IMG/VR virus record: IMGVR_UViG_3300009031_000221
Span: 416,001 to 480,000 of that record
From: a virus
Taxonomy: Duplodnaviria > Caudoviricetes
DNA: 64,000 bases
Direction: 5' to 3' (one strand)
Shown here in pieces: positions 27,062-36,007 of this stretch. Within the stretch, counting starts at the first letter, position 1. The number at the start of each line of letters is the position of its first letter. A program made the translations under genes and the position numbers. The notes below the pieces were generated by a model. That model saw nothing but the letters and a program-made list of their open reading frames with translations, searched no databases and was not told the DNA's origin.

Positions 27062-28076
27062 GGGAATGATCATGGATCAAGCAGTCACAACTGAATCACA
27101 CGGCAAGTTGGCTTGCCTCAACTGGCAGACCCTGTCGGATGAGCGTGCCGCAACCGTCAAAGCCAATGGGAAGCTCCGTAGGGCTGCCCTCATCATGACG
27201 GGCAAATGCAACTTCGCATGTCCCTACTGCAAGACCCTGGGCGGGGACAGAGCCCCCACACGAACGAAATTCGATACCATGGCCAAGGTCATGAACATGA
27301 TCAACCACGGTCTCAAGGAACTCCGCCTGTCCGGTGGTGAACCTACGATGATTTCATGGTTGCCCGAGTTGGTTGCCATGGCTCATAGCAATGGCGTTCG
27401 CGTTGCCGTATCCTCCAATGGCTATGCTCCCGTCCGTATCTACGCAGCCCTGGTCAACGCCGGGGTTGCGGAGTTCTCGATTTCATTGGACTCCACGGAT
27501 CCCGAGGAAGCGGATCGCCTTGCCGGCGGACGAAAGAACGTTCTGGCCCGGGTCGAACGTACCATCAAGGCAGTGACGGACATGGGTGCCAAGGTCTACA
27601 TCGGCATGACGTGCTGTGCATCTCGTCGGAATCCCGAGGAAATGAAAGCCATCATTGACCGGGTTGCAGCCTTGGGCGCTACGGATGTCAAAATCATGTC
27701 CCTGGCTCAGGAAGGAACCATCGTTGATATGTCATGGCTGGATGATGCCACGGCAAAGCGGTTCCCCTTCCTTGCATGGCGGGCACACAACTTCAATGAC
27801 GGTCGGGATGTTCGGGGACTCCGTGAGGGTGATTCGCCCCGTTGTTCCCTTGTCCTGGATGACGTGACGATTGCGGGAGATAAGCACTTCCCCTGCAACG
27901 TGTACTTCCGTGAGGGAGGGGAAGCCATCGGGGACGTGAAGGATTCCGCTACCATGTTGGCGGATCGTGCGGTGTGGGCTGAAAACCACAACAGCCTTTG
28001 TGACCCGATCTGCAAGTCCATGTGCATGGATCTGCTCCGTACGTACAACAACCGCGTTGAGGAATTGAACACATGA
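27054..28076 (+). CDS. radical SAM protein
   Basis: CNFACPYC, LSGGEP, SSNG, SISLD; C-terminal Cys cluster. Confidence 0.85.
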   Translation: MSRGMIMDQAVTTESHGKLACLNWQTLSDERAATVKANGKLRRAALIMTGKCNFACPYCKTLGGDRAPTRTKFDTMAKVMNMINHGLKELRLSGGEPTMISWLPELVAMAHSNGVRVAVSSNGYAPVRIYAALVNAGVAEFSISLDSTDPEEADRLAGGRKNVLARVERTIKAVTDMGAKVYIGMTCCASRRNPEEMKAIIDRVAALGATDVKIMSLAQEGTIVDMSWLDDATAKRFPFLAWRAHNFNDGRDVRGLREGDSPRCSLVLDDVTIAGDKHFPCNVYFREGGEAIGDVKDSATMLADRAVWAENHNSLCDPICKSMCMDLLRTYNNRVEELNT

Positions 28077-28324
28077 AACTGCAATGGTTGCCCAGACCTT
28101 CGACGGATCCCTATGGTTGTGGGTGGGAACTCGCAACCAATGACCGTCAATACCTCACCTATGATGGATTCGATCGCTTCGGGGACATCCGGGCCACTGT
28201 CATGGAAGAATCCACGGACAAATGGGTCGCGTACATTACATGGAAGGTCGATGAGAATCCTCCGAATGCCGAATGCAAGAAGGATGCGATGCTTTTGGCG
28301 GAAAGCAAAATCGAAGACGAGTGA
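28073..28324 (+). CDS. hypothetical protein
   Basis: ATGA coupling; stop abuts element. Confidence 0.6.
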   Translation: MKLQWLPRPSTDPYGCGWELATNDRQYLTYDGFDRFGDIRATVMEESTDKWVAYITWKVDENPPNAECKKDAMLLAESKIEDE

Positions 28325-28351
28325 CTTACTTTTCCCATCGACAGCGTAGAT
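28325..28351 (+). promoter_or_regulatory. conserved promoter-like element
   Basis: CTTACTT-N12-GCGTAGAT; hairpin GGGCA-CGGACGA-TGCCC at 28359..28375. Confidence 0.85.
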
Positions 28352-28388
28352 GATACATGGGCACGGACGATGCCCTAGGACGCAGACG

Positions 28389-28649
28389 ATGAACCCACAC
28401 ATGCCGCGATGCCAATGTGGCCACAGTTTCCTCAACCACTGGGCACCCCCTGACCGTTTCCGCCCTGCCAACACACCTTGTAAGGATTGTGATTGCGCCA
28501 GCTACCGCGGGGTGGTAGACGCAGAGCACCTGGCCCTCCTGCAACCAGAACTGCAACGACGCGGCGTGACGCCAAAATGTGATTGCAACGTACAAATCCA
28601 AGCGTTGGAAAAGAGAATTCAGGCCCTTGAAGCCCGACTGGCTCGATAA
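28389..28649 (+). CDS. small Cys/His protein
   Basis: ACGATG start; C-C-H..C-C-C pattern. Confidence 0.6.
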   Translation: MNPHMPRCQCGHSFLNHWAPPDRFRPANTPCKDCDCASYRGVVDAEHLALLQPELQRRGVTPKCDCNVQIQALEKRIQALEARLAR

Positions 28650-28659
28650 GGAAACTACG

Positions 28660-29238
28660 ATGTACAAGACTGGCTCCGGCCCCCTCAAGCGCGGCGAACT
28701 TCACGAGGTTCCCCCGGCAGCGGAAAACATGGGCATCCGTGCCCTGCGGGAAATCCCTTACCTCAGCTGCACCTCCGTTGACATCAACGAGGTTGACCAC
28801 ATCGGCCACGATGAGGGCGGTGTGGACATGGATCCCGCCTACCAGCGTGGGCACGTGTGGGAACCCGCTCAGGAGTCCGCGTTCGTTGGCTACCTGCTCA
28901 AGGGCGGCAAGGCTGGCCCGATTTGGGTCAACCGCTACGAGGATGCGACCACGGGCGGCGCCAACTGGTTCGACCTCCCCGTCACCATCATCGATGGCAA
29001 GCAGCGCCTGACCGCCCTCATCCACTGGACGCAGGGGGAAATCCCCGCGACCCTGAACGGAAAGGACATCTGGTACAAGGACTTGTCCATCATCGACCGT
29101 CGCATGCTCCCGCACCTGGATGTGTGCTACGTCAACATGACCGAGAACGACCAGATGCGGCTCTACCTGAACCTCAACAGCGGCATCGCCCACACCACGG
29201 ACGAACTCGACCGGGTTCGCGGCTTGCTGGCGGAATAG
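28660..29238 (+). CDS. stand-alone DUF262 (GmrSD N-terminal/ParB-Srx fold) protein
   Basis: PAYQRGHVW, IIDGKQRLTAL, LNLNSG. Confidence 0.8.
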   Translation: MYKTGSGPLKRGELHEVPPAAENMGIRALREIPYLSCTSVDINEVDHIGHDEGGVDMDPAYQRGHVWEPAQESAFVGYLLKGGKAGPIWVNRYEDATTGGANWFDLPVTIIDGKQRLTALIHWTQGEIPATLNGKDIWYKDLSIIDRRMLPHLDVCYVNMTENDQMRLYLNLNSGIAHTTDELDRVRGLLAE

Positions 29239-29241
29239 GCA

Positions 29242-29268
29242 CTTACTTTCGCCCCTAGCAGCGTAGAT
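29242..29268 (+). promoter_or_regulatory. conserved promoter-like element
   Basis: CTTACTT-N12-GCGTAGAT; hairpin GGGCA-CGGATGA-TGCCC at 29276..29292. Confidence 0.85.
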
Positions 29269-29306
29269 GTAATGCGGGCACGGATGATGCCCCGAAGGAA
29301 CCGGAC

Positions 29307-29537
29307 ATGGCATACCTTGATGAAGAGCGGTACGAGCGGGAAGTGGATCGCTGGGCGGGTTACGAACAGTTCGCCAATCCGGGTGGCAATTCCGCCCTCC
29401 GCAAGGCTACCCGTTCCAACCCCCGTATCCACCCTTGCCCGACCTGCAAGCAGCCGAATCGTCTGACGGCCAAGGACAAGGCACATGGCTATTGCTGTGA
29501 CCCGTGTGCGGATCGCACCGAACGAGGCGGCTACTAA
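29307..29537 (+). CDS. small Zn-finger protein
   Basis: CPTC...CCDPC. Confidence 0.7.
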   Translation: MAYLDEERYEREVDRWAGYEQFANPGGNSALRKATRSNPRIHPCPTCKQPNRLTAKDKAHGYCCDPCADRTERGGY

Positions 29538-29540
29538 TCT

Positions 29541-29942
29541 ATGTATGGTAAAGGATCCAAGATTATAGCGAAAACCTACATGAAAGCCCTGCGGGATCGT
29601 ACGGTTTGCGCTATATGTGGTCGGCAGCCTGTAGACTTTCACCATAAAGATCCCGACGCCAGTAAAGATAGATGGATAGCACACCTTACGGTCTTAGGGT
29701 TTCCAATCCCACGAATTGAAGCCGAACTAGCGGTATGTGAACCCCTTTGCCGCTCATGTCATATGAAACAGGATGGTAGATTAGCATTTCTGAACGCCAA
29801 CAAACCGTTTCCTAAAGGGGTGCAGTTACCTCCGAAGCCCTGTACGTCATGTGGTATCCCCGCCAAGCCCCTGCGTAAAGGGCTGTGTAATAAGTGCAAT
29901 CACCAAAAGCGTAGGGATAGCAAACGTAATGCTATCCTATAG
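29541..29942 (+). mobile_element. HNH endonuclease-like protein
   Basis: CAICG...DFHH...ELAVCEPLCRSCH; lower GC. Confidence 0.65.
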
Positions 29943-29969
29943 CTTACTTTCGGCTCTATCAGCGTAGAT
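29943..29969 (+). promoter_or_regulatory. conserved promoter-like element
   Basis: CTTACTT-N12-GCGTAGAT. Confidence 0.85.
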
Positions 29970-30002
29970 GATACATGGGCACGATTCCCAAAGGAACCTA
30001 CG

Positions 30003-30221
30003 ATGAACACCTCCCTTATCACGTTGCCCCGAATCATCACCGTACCGGGTCGCTACGTCACGCGAATCGGTGAGACCGTCACCATTGGCATCATGGGGAA
30101 GCGTCGTTTCTACGGGGCGTGTGGGCACTATCCCAATGGCGTCCCGGAGAAGTGGGACGTGTCGGGACGCCTCCTGCCCTTTTCGTTGTCGGACAACGAT
30201 ATCGTTCGGGCGGCGAACTAG
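30003..30221 (+). CDS. hypothetical protein
   Basis: GGAACCTACGATG start context. Confidence 0.75.
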   Translation: MNTSLITLPRIITVPGRYVTRIGETVTIGIMGKRRFYGACGHYPNGVPEKWDVSGRLLPFSLSDNDIVRAAN

Positions 30222-30227
30222 GCATGA

Positions 30228-30254
30228 CTTACTTTTCGTTCTAGCCGCGTAGAT
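30228..30254 (+). promoter_or_regulatory. conserved promoter-like element (drives WGR-PARP)
   Basis: CTTACTT-N12-GCGTAGAT; hairpin AGGGCA-ACG-TGCCCT at 30262..30276. Confidence 0.85.
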
Positions 30255-30298
30255 ACCACATAGGGCAACGTGCCCTCCAAACGAGAGGAACAAAGAAC

Positions 30299-31855
30299 AT
30301 GGCACCGAATATCACCGAATCCGTTACCCTGAACTTCACGGATCTGACCGGCGACAAGACCGGTTGCACGACCCTGGGTTCGAACAAGTTCTGGAAGGGC
30401 TGGGTCGAAGACCTTGGCGGCGGACTGGCGAATTTTGAGTGCCGTTGGGGGCCGACTGGTACGCCCGGTTCGGACAAGGGTTCCGTGCGTGGCACGAGCC
30501 TGTCCTCCGCCTCCGAGCAACTCCGCAAGAAGGTTCGGGAGAAGGAGAACAAGGGCTACACCAAGCTCGAGACCCGCACGGACAACGAGGAAATGACGAA
30601 GGCGGCGGCAAAGGGCGTTGTCATCGCTGCCCTGCCCGCCACGACCACGAAGGTGGCGGCGGTCGCTCCCACCACGTTCCATCCCGAGGTTGGCCGTTTG
30701 CTGAGCACCATCTACGGATCAACGGCACAGACCGTCCGTGCGGGCTTGTCGGCACAGGCGGGTGCGACGGCGGACAACCCGATCGGCAACCTGTCGGATC
30801 GCCAACTGGATCTCGGCGGCGCCATCCTGGATGAGATTGCGGAGGAATTGCAGCGTACCTTCGGGCACGAAAGCGCCGCGAATCGCAGCACGTTGCTGCC
30901 GCTCTCCGGCGGCGTTCCCCGCAACGAAATCATCCAACTGACCAACCGCTTCATGTCCAACATCCCCCGCGAGATCGGGCGGGACATGCGGGGCCGTGAG
31001 AACCTTCACCGCCTCGTCCTGTCCAGCTATGAGCGCTTGGATGAGCAGCGGACGTTCCTTCAGTTGCTCCGTGACGCCCACTTGACCCAGGACGTGTTCA
31101 AGGCGGCGGGCGCTCAGGTCACGACCGGCGGCAAGGAACACGTTTGGTACGATGGCCTGAACTGCGACATCGACCTGTGTGATGTGGGAAGTGTCGATTT
31201 CAAGCGGGTTGCCGACATCTTCAACACGGCACAGTCCAAGAACAACGCCAATTGGTGGCGGAATGGCAAGCCCAGTGTCCGGGTGGCCCGTGTGTTCAAG
31301 TTCACCCGCAAGGGCACGAGCAGCCGGTTCGATACCTACGCTTCCAAGGTACTGTCCAAGCCCAATGCCGTGGGCAAGATCATGGCATTCCACGGCACAA
31401 GAACGGAAAATTTGCTGGGCATCGGCAAGTCCGGCCTCTTGATGCCGGAGAACTTGCCCCGTGGCGTGACGATTAGTGGCAAGGCCTTCGGGAAGGGGAT
31501 TTACCATGCTCCTGCCTGGAATGCGACGGGACACAAGATGATTGGGCGGCATAAGGTTGATGGTTTCAACGGGGCTTTCAAGTCGCTCAACTATACTTCG
31601 GCTCGCGGCGCCTACTACGGAGCGGGCAACACGTCCCCTTCCGCCTACATGTTCCTTCAGGAAGTCGCCCTTGGCTTGGCGGATGTCCACACGACGGCTT
31701 GCTGGGACAAGCATCGCCCCGATGGTTGGCCGATGAATGACTTCATCTTTGCCGCTGGCTCGGCCAACCAGGGCGGGTTCGTTCACGACGAACTGGTTAC
31801 GTTTGACCAGGATGCCCAGGTGTTCCGCTACTTGATGGAAATCGAGTGCATCTGA
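30299..31855 (+). CDS. poly(ADP-ribose) polymerase-like: WGR + helical regulatory + catalytic domains
   Basis: NKFW..CRWGP..KENKGY (WGR); PIGNLSDRQL..ILDEI..LTNRF..IP (helical); FHGTR, FGKGIY, LNYT, EVALG, HDELV (H-Y-E). Confidence 0.88.
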   Translation: MAPNITESVTLNFTDLTGDKTGCTTLGSNKFWKGWVEDLGGGLANFECRWGPTGTPGSDKGSVRGTSLSSASEQLRKKVREKENKGYTKLETRTDNEEMTKAAAKGVVIAALPATTTKVAAVAPTTFHPEVGRLLSTIYGSTAQTVRAGLSAQAGATADNPIGNLSDRQLDLGGAILDEIAEELQRTFGHESAANRSTLLPLSGGVPRNEIIQLTNRFMSNIPREIGRDMRGRENLHRLVLSSYERLDEQRTFLQLLRDAHLTQDVFKAAGAQVTTGGKEHVWYDGLNCDIDLCDVGSVDFKRVADIFNTAQSKNNANWWRNGKPSVRVARVFKFTRKGTSSRFDTYASKVLSKPNAVGKIMAFHGTRTENLLGIGKSGLLMPENLPRGVTISGKAFGKGIYHAPAWNATGHKMIGRHKVDGFNGAFKSLNYTSARGAYYGAGNTSPSAYMFLQEVALGLADVHTTACWDKHRPDGWPMNDFIFAAGSANQGGFVHDELVTFDQDAQVFRYLMEIECI

Positions 31856-32964
31856 TAGGCGGCAATCTTGCGAACGTGATCTAGGAATTCTACTTCGGTA
31901 TGGTCACTCTTGGCATTGTTGCATGTCCAACAAGCAGGGTGACAATTCCCAGGAACGTATCCTTCGGAGCTACGAATCCGGTCAATTCCCGTATACCTGA
32001 AACGGGTAGCCTCTTTGTTCCCCTTGTAGTAGGAAACAGACTGTAGGTTGGCTGGTGCATCCCCGCAATAGGCACATGAACTTTGGAACATGGATTGTGC
32101 CTCGAGGATAGTCAAATTGTAATCTAGACCCTTACGTTTAGCCCGTGCTTTGTATCCTTGGACTAACCCTCGGGCCTGGATCTCTGTAACGGCGTGTATG
32201 TTGGTTGGAACTACCCCTTCCGTTATCCGTGCCGCCCAAGCATAGAACTCCGCTACCGATAACGATGCTTTCATGTAATTGCATACCCCACAGCAAGGCA
32301 CGCAATTAGATTCTGTGTAGCCTAGGGCACTGTCTATACGGTCAACCCCGTTATGGTACAAATCTTTCCCGTAACTGGTATTGGAACGTTGGACACTTTG
32401 AGGGGATGCCCCGCAGTAATTGCATTCCTGCAGAATCAAGGCCTTTAGCTGATCCTTGGTCAAATCAAATGACAAACCTCGTTTCAAAGCCCCTAGTCTG
32501 TAGGTATGCCAAACGTTGTTACTTTGAGTATCGGGACGAGAACGCCGGACAAATCCGCATTCTTTGCAACTTTGGCTTCGACCCTCACGTAATGTTTTGC
32601 CTTCAATAAGCGCTTCCGTGCCACATGTACAACGACAGCGGAATCCGAATCGGTTTGCGGCAATGTCCTTCTCATATGAAAGTACCGTCCACAACCCTAT
32701 TTGGGTGCCCTGAGGTATCATTTCAGCCTGATTGGCACATCCGCAACTTCTGGATATCGGCACCAACCTTCGGATGCATATCACCTTTTCAGTTCCACAA
32801 TCACAACGGCATAGCATCTCCGAACGTCCCTTATGAGGAACGAGAGCGATTGCCGTTAGCATCCCAAACTTCTGCCCAACGTAACGGCTTACACTTCGGT
32901 TGCTAACTTGACTGCCTTCTTCTCCATGTCCGCCAACACCAACTCCCGAATGATCTGCACCCAT
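31828..32964 (-). mobile_element. double-HNH homing endonuclease (start uncertain)
   Basis: GQKFGMLT..CRCDCG modules; two G(V/I)DRI.S..GY...NC..CC..CN motifs; lower GC. Confidence 0.8.
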
Positions 32965-33053
32965 GGTATCCGCCTCCGTAGGGATTCTGCCCGTAGGTAA
33001 TCCATCATGTCCTGGTCGAGGTAAATTCTAGCCGCATGTTTCGTTGTTGTCAT
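32889..33053 (-). CDS. ribbon-helix-helix (CopG-like) microprotein, 54 aa (not in ORF track)
   Basis: Manual translation MTTTKHAARIYLDQDMMDYLRAESLRRRIPWVQIIRELVLADMEKKAVKLATEV; ACGATG start, AGGA RBS. Confidence 0.6.
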   Translation of the reverse strand: MTTTKHAARIYLDQDMMDYLRAESLRRRIPWVQIIRELVLADMEKKAVKLATEV

Positions 33054-33056
33054 CGT

Positions 33057-33078
33057 TTGATCCTACCTTGATCCTACC
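33057..33078. repeat. perfect 11-bp tandem direct repeat TTGATCCTACC x2 (putative operator)
   Basis: Directly upstream of the RHH ORF, covering its RBS. Confidence 0.6.
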
Positions 33079-33169
33079 GGAGTGGGGGCATAAGCATTCT
33101 ACCGAGAGTAGGCTCATTGAGACGGTGTTTGGGGTATTACATGACATCTCACATCCAAGTGGGTAAAAG

Positions 33170-33403
33170 GTGAAAACCATGTTGAACAAGTTCTATACTG
33201 AAGATGGCGTTTATGTTGATCAAACGGATACCGAAGTTTCGCCTCGCGTGGGTGTCAATGCTATTGTTGAACTTAGGGGCATTCCTTACTACATCATGTG
33301 CATCAATTACGACAATGCGAACAACGTGGGGGATGCCGTCCAGGAACGTTGGTTTTATGTCAAAAAGGTGGAAAAGATTCAGTCTATCAAAACGACCCGG
33401 TAA
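33170..33403 (+). CDS. hypothetical protein
   Basis: Stop abuts element at 33406. Confidence 0.55.
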   Translation: MKTMLNKFYTEDGVYVDQTDTEVSPRVGVNAIVELRGIPYYIMCINYDNANNVGDAVQERWFYVKKVEKIQSIKTTR

Positions 33404-33405
33404 GG

Positions 33406-33432
33406 CTTACTTTCCTCTTCCTCGGCGTAGAT
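33406..33432 (+). promoter_or_regulatory. conserved promoter-like element
   Basis: CTTACTT-N12-GCGTAGAT; hairpin GGGCGA-CGGATGA-TCGCTT at 33440..33458. Confidence 0.85.
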
Positions 33433-33470
33433 AGATCGTGGGCGACGGATGATCGCTTTGAAGGCATGTC

Positions 33471-34250
33471 GTGGACGACATCGTAGGCATGTTCATTGTT
33501 TTGTGTGCAAATCTCGGGTGGATCATTCTTGTTTTGGTGTGGATCAATTACAAGGCGTCCAGGGCTTTCAAAAGGATGGGTTGGGGCTGGCCAAAGTGGA
33601 TCGACCCTGATGAATGGGAACGCATCAGGGAGACCAAACAGGAAACAGCGGATGCCATCAAGGCGGAGGCCCGTAAGAACTACGAAGCTGCATTTGAAGC
33701 ATGCAAGGCATGGTGGATCCTAGATGAAAGGAGTGCGTATCCATTAGGTTGGGATTCCATCAAAGATTTCTTACCCGTCGAACAGCGGATGGAAGTCGAA
33801 ACCAAGGTGAATGAATCAGAGACCTCTGAGAGGGAAGCTAGGGATCGAGGGTGGTTAGCATACACCAGTGGTTCCGCTGTAGAGGTCTCGAAAGAACAGT
33901 GGGATGCCGATTGGGAAACTTCTAAGGACGAATTGTACGCCTTAATAGGTCGTGCCCGATACTGCATGGTGCAGGACATTCTCGGGCCTCCCCCATATGA
34001 GCGGGCTACCATTAGTGGCACTGATGCGACCCTTGTTGAGTCTTTGGAGGGTCTTCGGGACAGGTTCTTTCAAGATCCCTGGGATGACAAAGCCAAATAC
34101 CTCGACCAATCCGTGTCGGATGACGACGCCATGTTGTGGTCACCCGATAGTAACCTGACTGGTTCGGGTTACGCGGAATTGCAAAATAAACGCAATGTCA
34201 TCCGACATCGTGTCAAATATGTGCCATCCCAGATGGTGTCAAATCTTTGA
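33471..34250 (+). CDS. membrane-anchored hypothetical protein
   Basis: N-terminal TM. Confidence 0.7.
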   Translation: MDDIVGMFIVLCANLGWIILVLVWINYKASRAFKRMGWGWPKWIDPDEWERIRETKQETADAIKAEARKNYEAAFEACKAWWILDERSAYPLGWDSIKDFLPVEQRMEVETKVNESETSEREARDRGWLAYTSGSAVEVSKEQWDADWETSKDELYALIGRARYCMVQDILGPPPYERATISGTDATLVESLEGLRDRFFQDPWDDKAKYLDQSVSDDDAMLWSPDSNLTGSGYAELQNKRNVIRHRVKYVPSQMVSNL

Positions 34251-34260
34251 CGGGTAAAGG

Positions 34261-34287
34261 ATTACCCTTGGACGTGACTGCGTAGTT
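34261..34287 (+). promoter_or_regulatory. degenerate copy of promoter-like element
   Basis: ATTACCC-N12-GCGTAGTT. Confidence 0.4.
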
Positions 34288-34305
34288 TCTAGTAGGAGGT
34301 TCCCT

Positions 34306-34986
34306 GTGTGCCGAATTCCGATCGTTGCTCTATGCATGTTCGCTACCATGACTCCGCTCAACGCTTTCGCTGGGTGTGAGAAAGACACTGACTGCAAAGG
34401 GGAACGGGTCTGTGTTAGTGGACTTTGCATCTATCCCGATCGGGTGCCCCTAACCCCAGCAACCCTGGACGTAGCGAAGCCAACGGGGTTCCGTCACGGC
34501 CCTATCATTTTGGCGGGGTTCCACACGTATGGTTGGACGGGGGGTATGACCGGAACCTATGGTTTGATGTACGCCTTCGAGTACCGTCCTGTCTATTTCA
34601 CCCTTGAGGCACTTACAAATCCAAATCGACCCCCAGAGGGTTTGTTTGGCGGATTGGGCATTGGCATGGGATGGCTGTTCCCCGTGCGGGGTTCAATCGT
34701 ATTGGGGCTCACTGGAGCCTTTGGGATTTGGGGTTCTCAAAGAAGCGACTGGACCTACGGCGGTTTGACTTATGATGGTCAATGCTGTGTCAAAGTTACG
34801 ACTTTTGACAAGGTTAAGATTTACGGAATGCTGTCCAGCTTCATCAGGTTCGGGTCATCCTGGACGTTTTCCCTGGGGCCAAGACTGGGGGTTGGGGAAC
34901 GTTACCGTTCTGATGTTGACACAAATACATCATCAGGCACATTGGGGGTGCTCATTCAGACAGGATACCTGTTTGGGGGTAAGTGA
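34306..34986 (+). CDS. secreted/outer-membrane beta-rich protein with Cys-rich N-module
   Basis: Signal peptide, CEKDTDCKGERVCVSGLC, Gly/aromatic beta strands, GYLF end. Confidence 0.6.
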   Translation: MCRIPIVALCMFATMTPLNAFAGCEKDTDCKGERVCVSGLCIYPDRVPLTPATLDVAKPTGFRHGPIILAGFHTYGWTGGMTGTYGLMYAFEYRPVYFTLEALTNPNRPPEGLFGGLGIGMGWLFPVRGSIVLGLTGAFGIWGSQRSDWTYGGLTYDGQCCVKVTTFDKVKIYGMLSSFIRFGSSWTFSLGPRLGVGERYRSDVDTNTSSGTLGVLIQTGYLFGGK

Positions 34987-35005
34987 CCCTGAAGGGACAG
35001 ATACT

Positions 35006-35239
35006 GTGAAAGTGTACCAACCAATAGTCACGGGTCGGGATGACGCTTTCAATGGGAAAGAGTTTACCTATCGGTCAAAGGTACTATTCCGAACGATGGA
35101 AAGGGCTGAAAAGGCTTTGCCTGGATGGGTCGCGAGGTTGGAACAGGAAGATCAAAGACCTGGGACGATGGTGAAAATCGATTATCGCAAGGCGAAAACC
35201 CGCATCATGGAACTTGAACTCGAGGACGAAACGGAGTAG
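35006..35239 (+). CDS. hypothetical protein
   Basis: GTG start inferred from tiling. Confidence 0.5.
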   Translation: MKVYQPIVTGRDDAFNGKEFTYRSKVLFRTMERAEKALPGWVARLEQEDQRPGTMVKIDYRKAKTRIMELELEDETE

Positions 35240-35247
35240 GAGGCGCC

Positions 35248-35595
35248 ATGGCAATTAGCGGATTCGCATTGGAACGGCTTGGCCCTCATCAATACACTTC
35301 CAAGGAAAAGGAAGGGAAGGAAACCAAGTTCATTTGCTCCGGCGTGGTTGTCTATGCGGAGACGGAAGAAATGGCACGCCAGATAGCGGCTACTCCCCGT
35401 GCCCTGCAACCGGGACAAAAGATCCTTCCGAACAACACCATTGATCCACCCCCGCCCTACTCATGGTGTGTAGATGAAGACCCGGCGGCATGGTTGGATC
35501 CTACCAAGACTTCTTGCAAGTCATTCCCGGTAGGCCCTGAAATCGAAACCCAAGAAGGACGTGGCTACGCTCAATTCCTGGAGGTGGTACGATGA
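35248..35595 (+). CDS. hypothetical protein
   Basis: GGAGG RBS. Confidence 0.65.
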   Translation: MAISGFALERLGPHQYTSKEKEGKETKFICSGVVVYAETEEMARQIAATPRALQPGQKILPNNTIDPPPPYSWCVDEDPAAWLDPTKTSCKSFPVGPEIETQEGRGYAQFLEVVR

Positions 35596-35789
35596 CGGAT
35601 AGCAACGAACGCATTGTGTGGAAGTTCCTCCTGTGGCCTCGCTATGGGCGGAATGGCTGGAAGTGGTTGTGTGGGGCGAATGTCCGGGAAGTGGTGGCAG
35701 TTAGGTACGGCTACATTGGAGGGCCTTGCGAACATGGCCCCGTATCATCTACCTGGATCGAAACAGGACTTGCGGAGGACTACGAATGA
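35592..35789 (+). CDS. small protein, KFLLWPR paralog 1
   Basis: ATGA coupling. Confidence 0.6.
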   Translation: MTDSNERIVWKFLLWPRYGRNGWKWLCGANVREVVAVRYGYIGGPCEHGPVSSTWIETGLAEDYE

Positions 35790-36007
35790 TCTACAAGACT
35801 AAAGCCTATTTGAAAGACCGTGAGGGCGAAGAGCGTGTCGTCCGCAAATTCCTCCTGTGGCCCCGCCGGTTTGGCAATGAGAAGCTTGGCCGATGGATGG
35901 AATATGCCTGGATCCGTGAGAAGGTTCAGCTATTCCATGATGACTACGAAGGGGATGCATGGAAATGGCATGAAGTCGGCTTCTATGACATCTCGGCAGG
36001 GGTCTAG
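35786..36007 (+). CDS. small protein, KFLLWPR paralog 2
   Basis: ATGA coupling. Confidence 0.6.
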   Translation: MIYKTKAYLKDREGEERVVRKFLLWPRRFGNEKLGRWMEYAWIREKVQLFHDDYEGDAWKWHEVGFYDISAGV

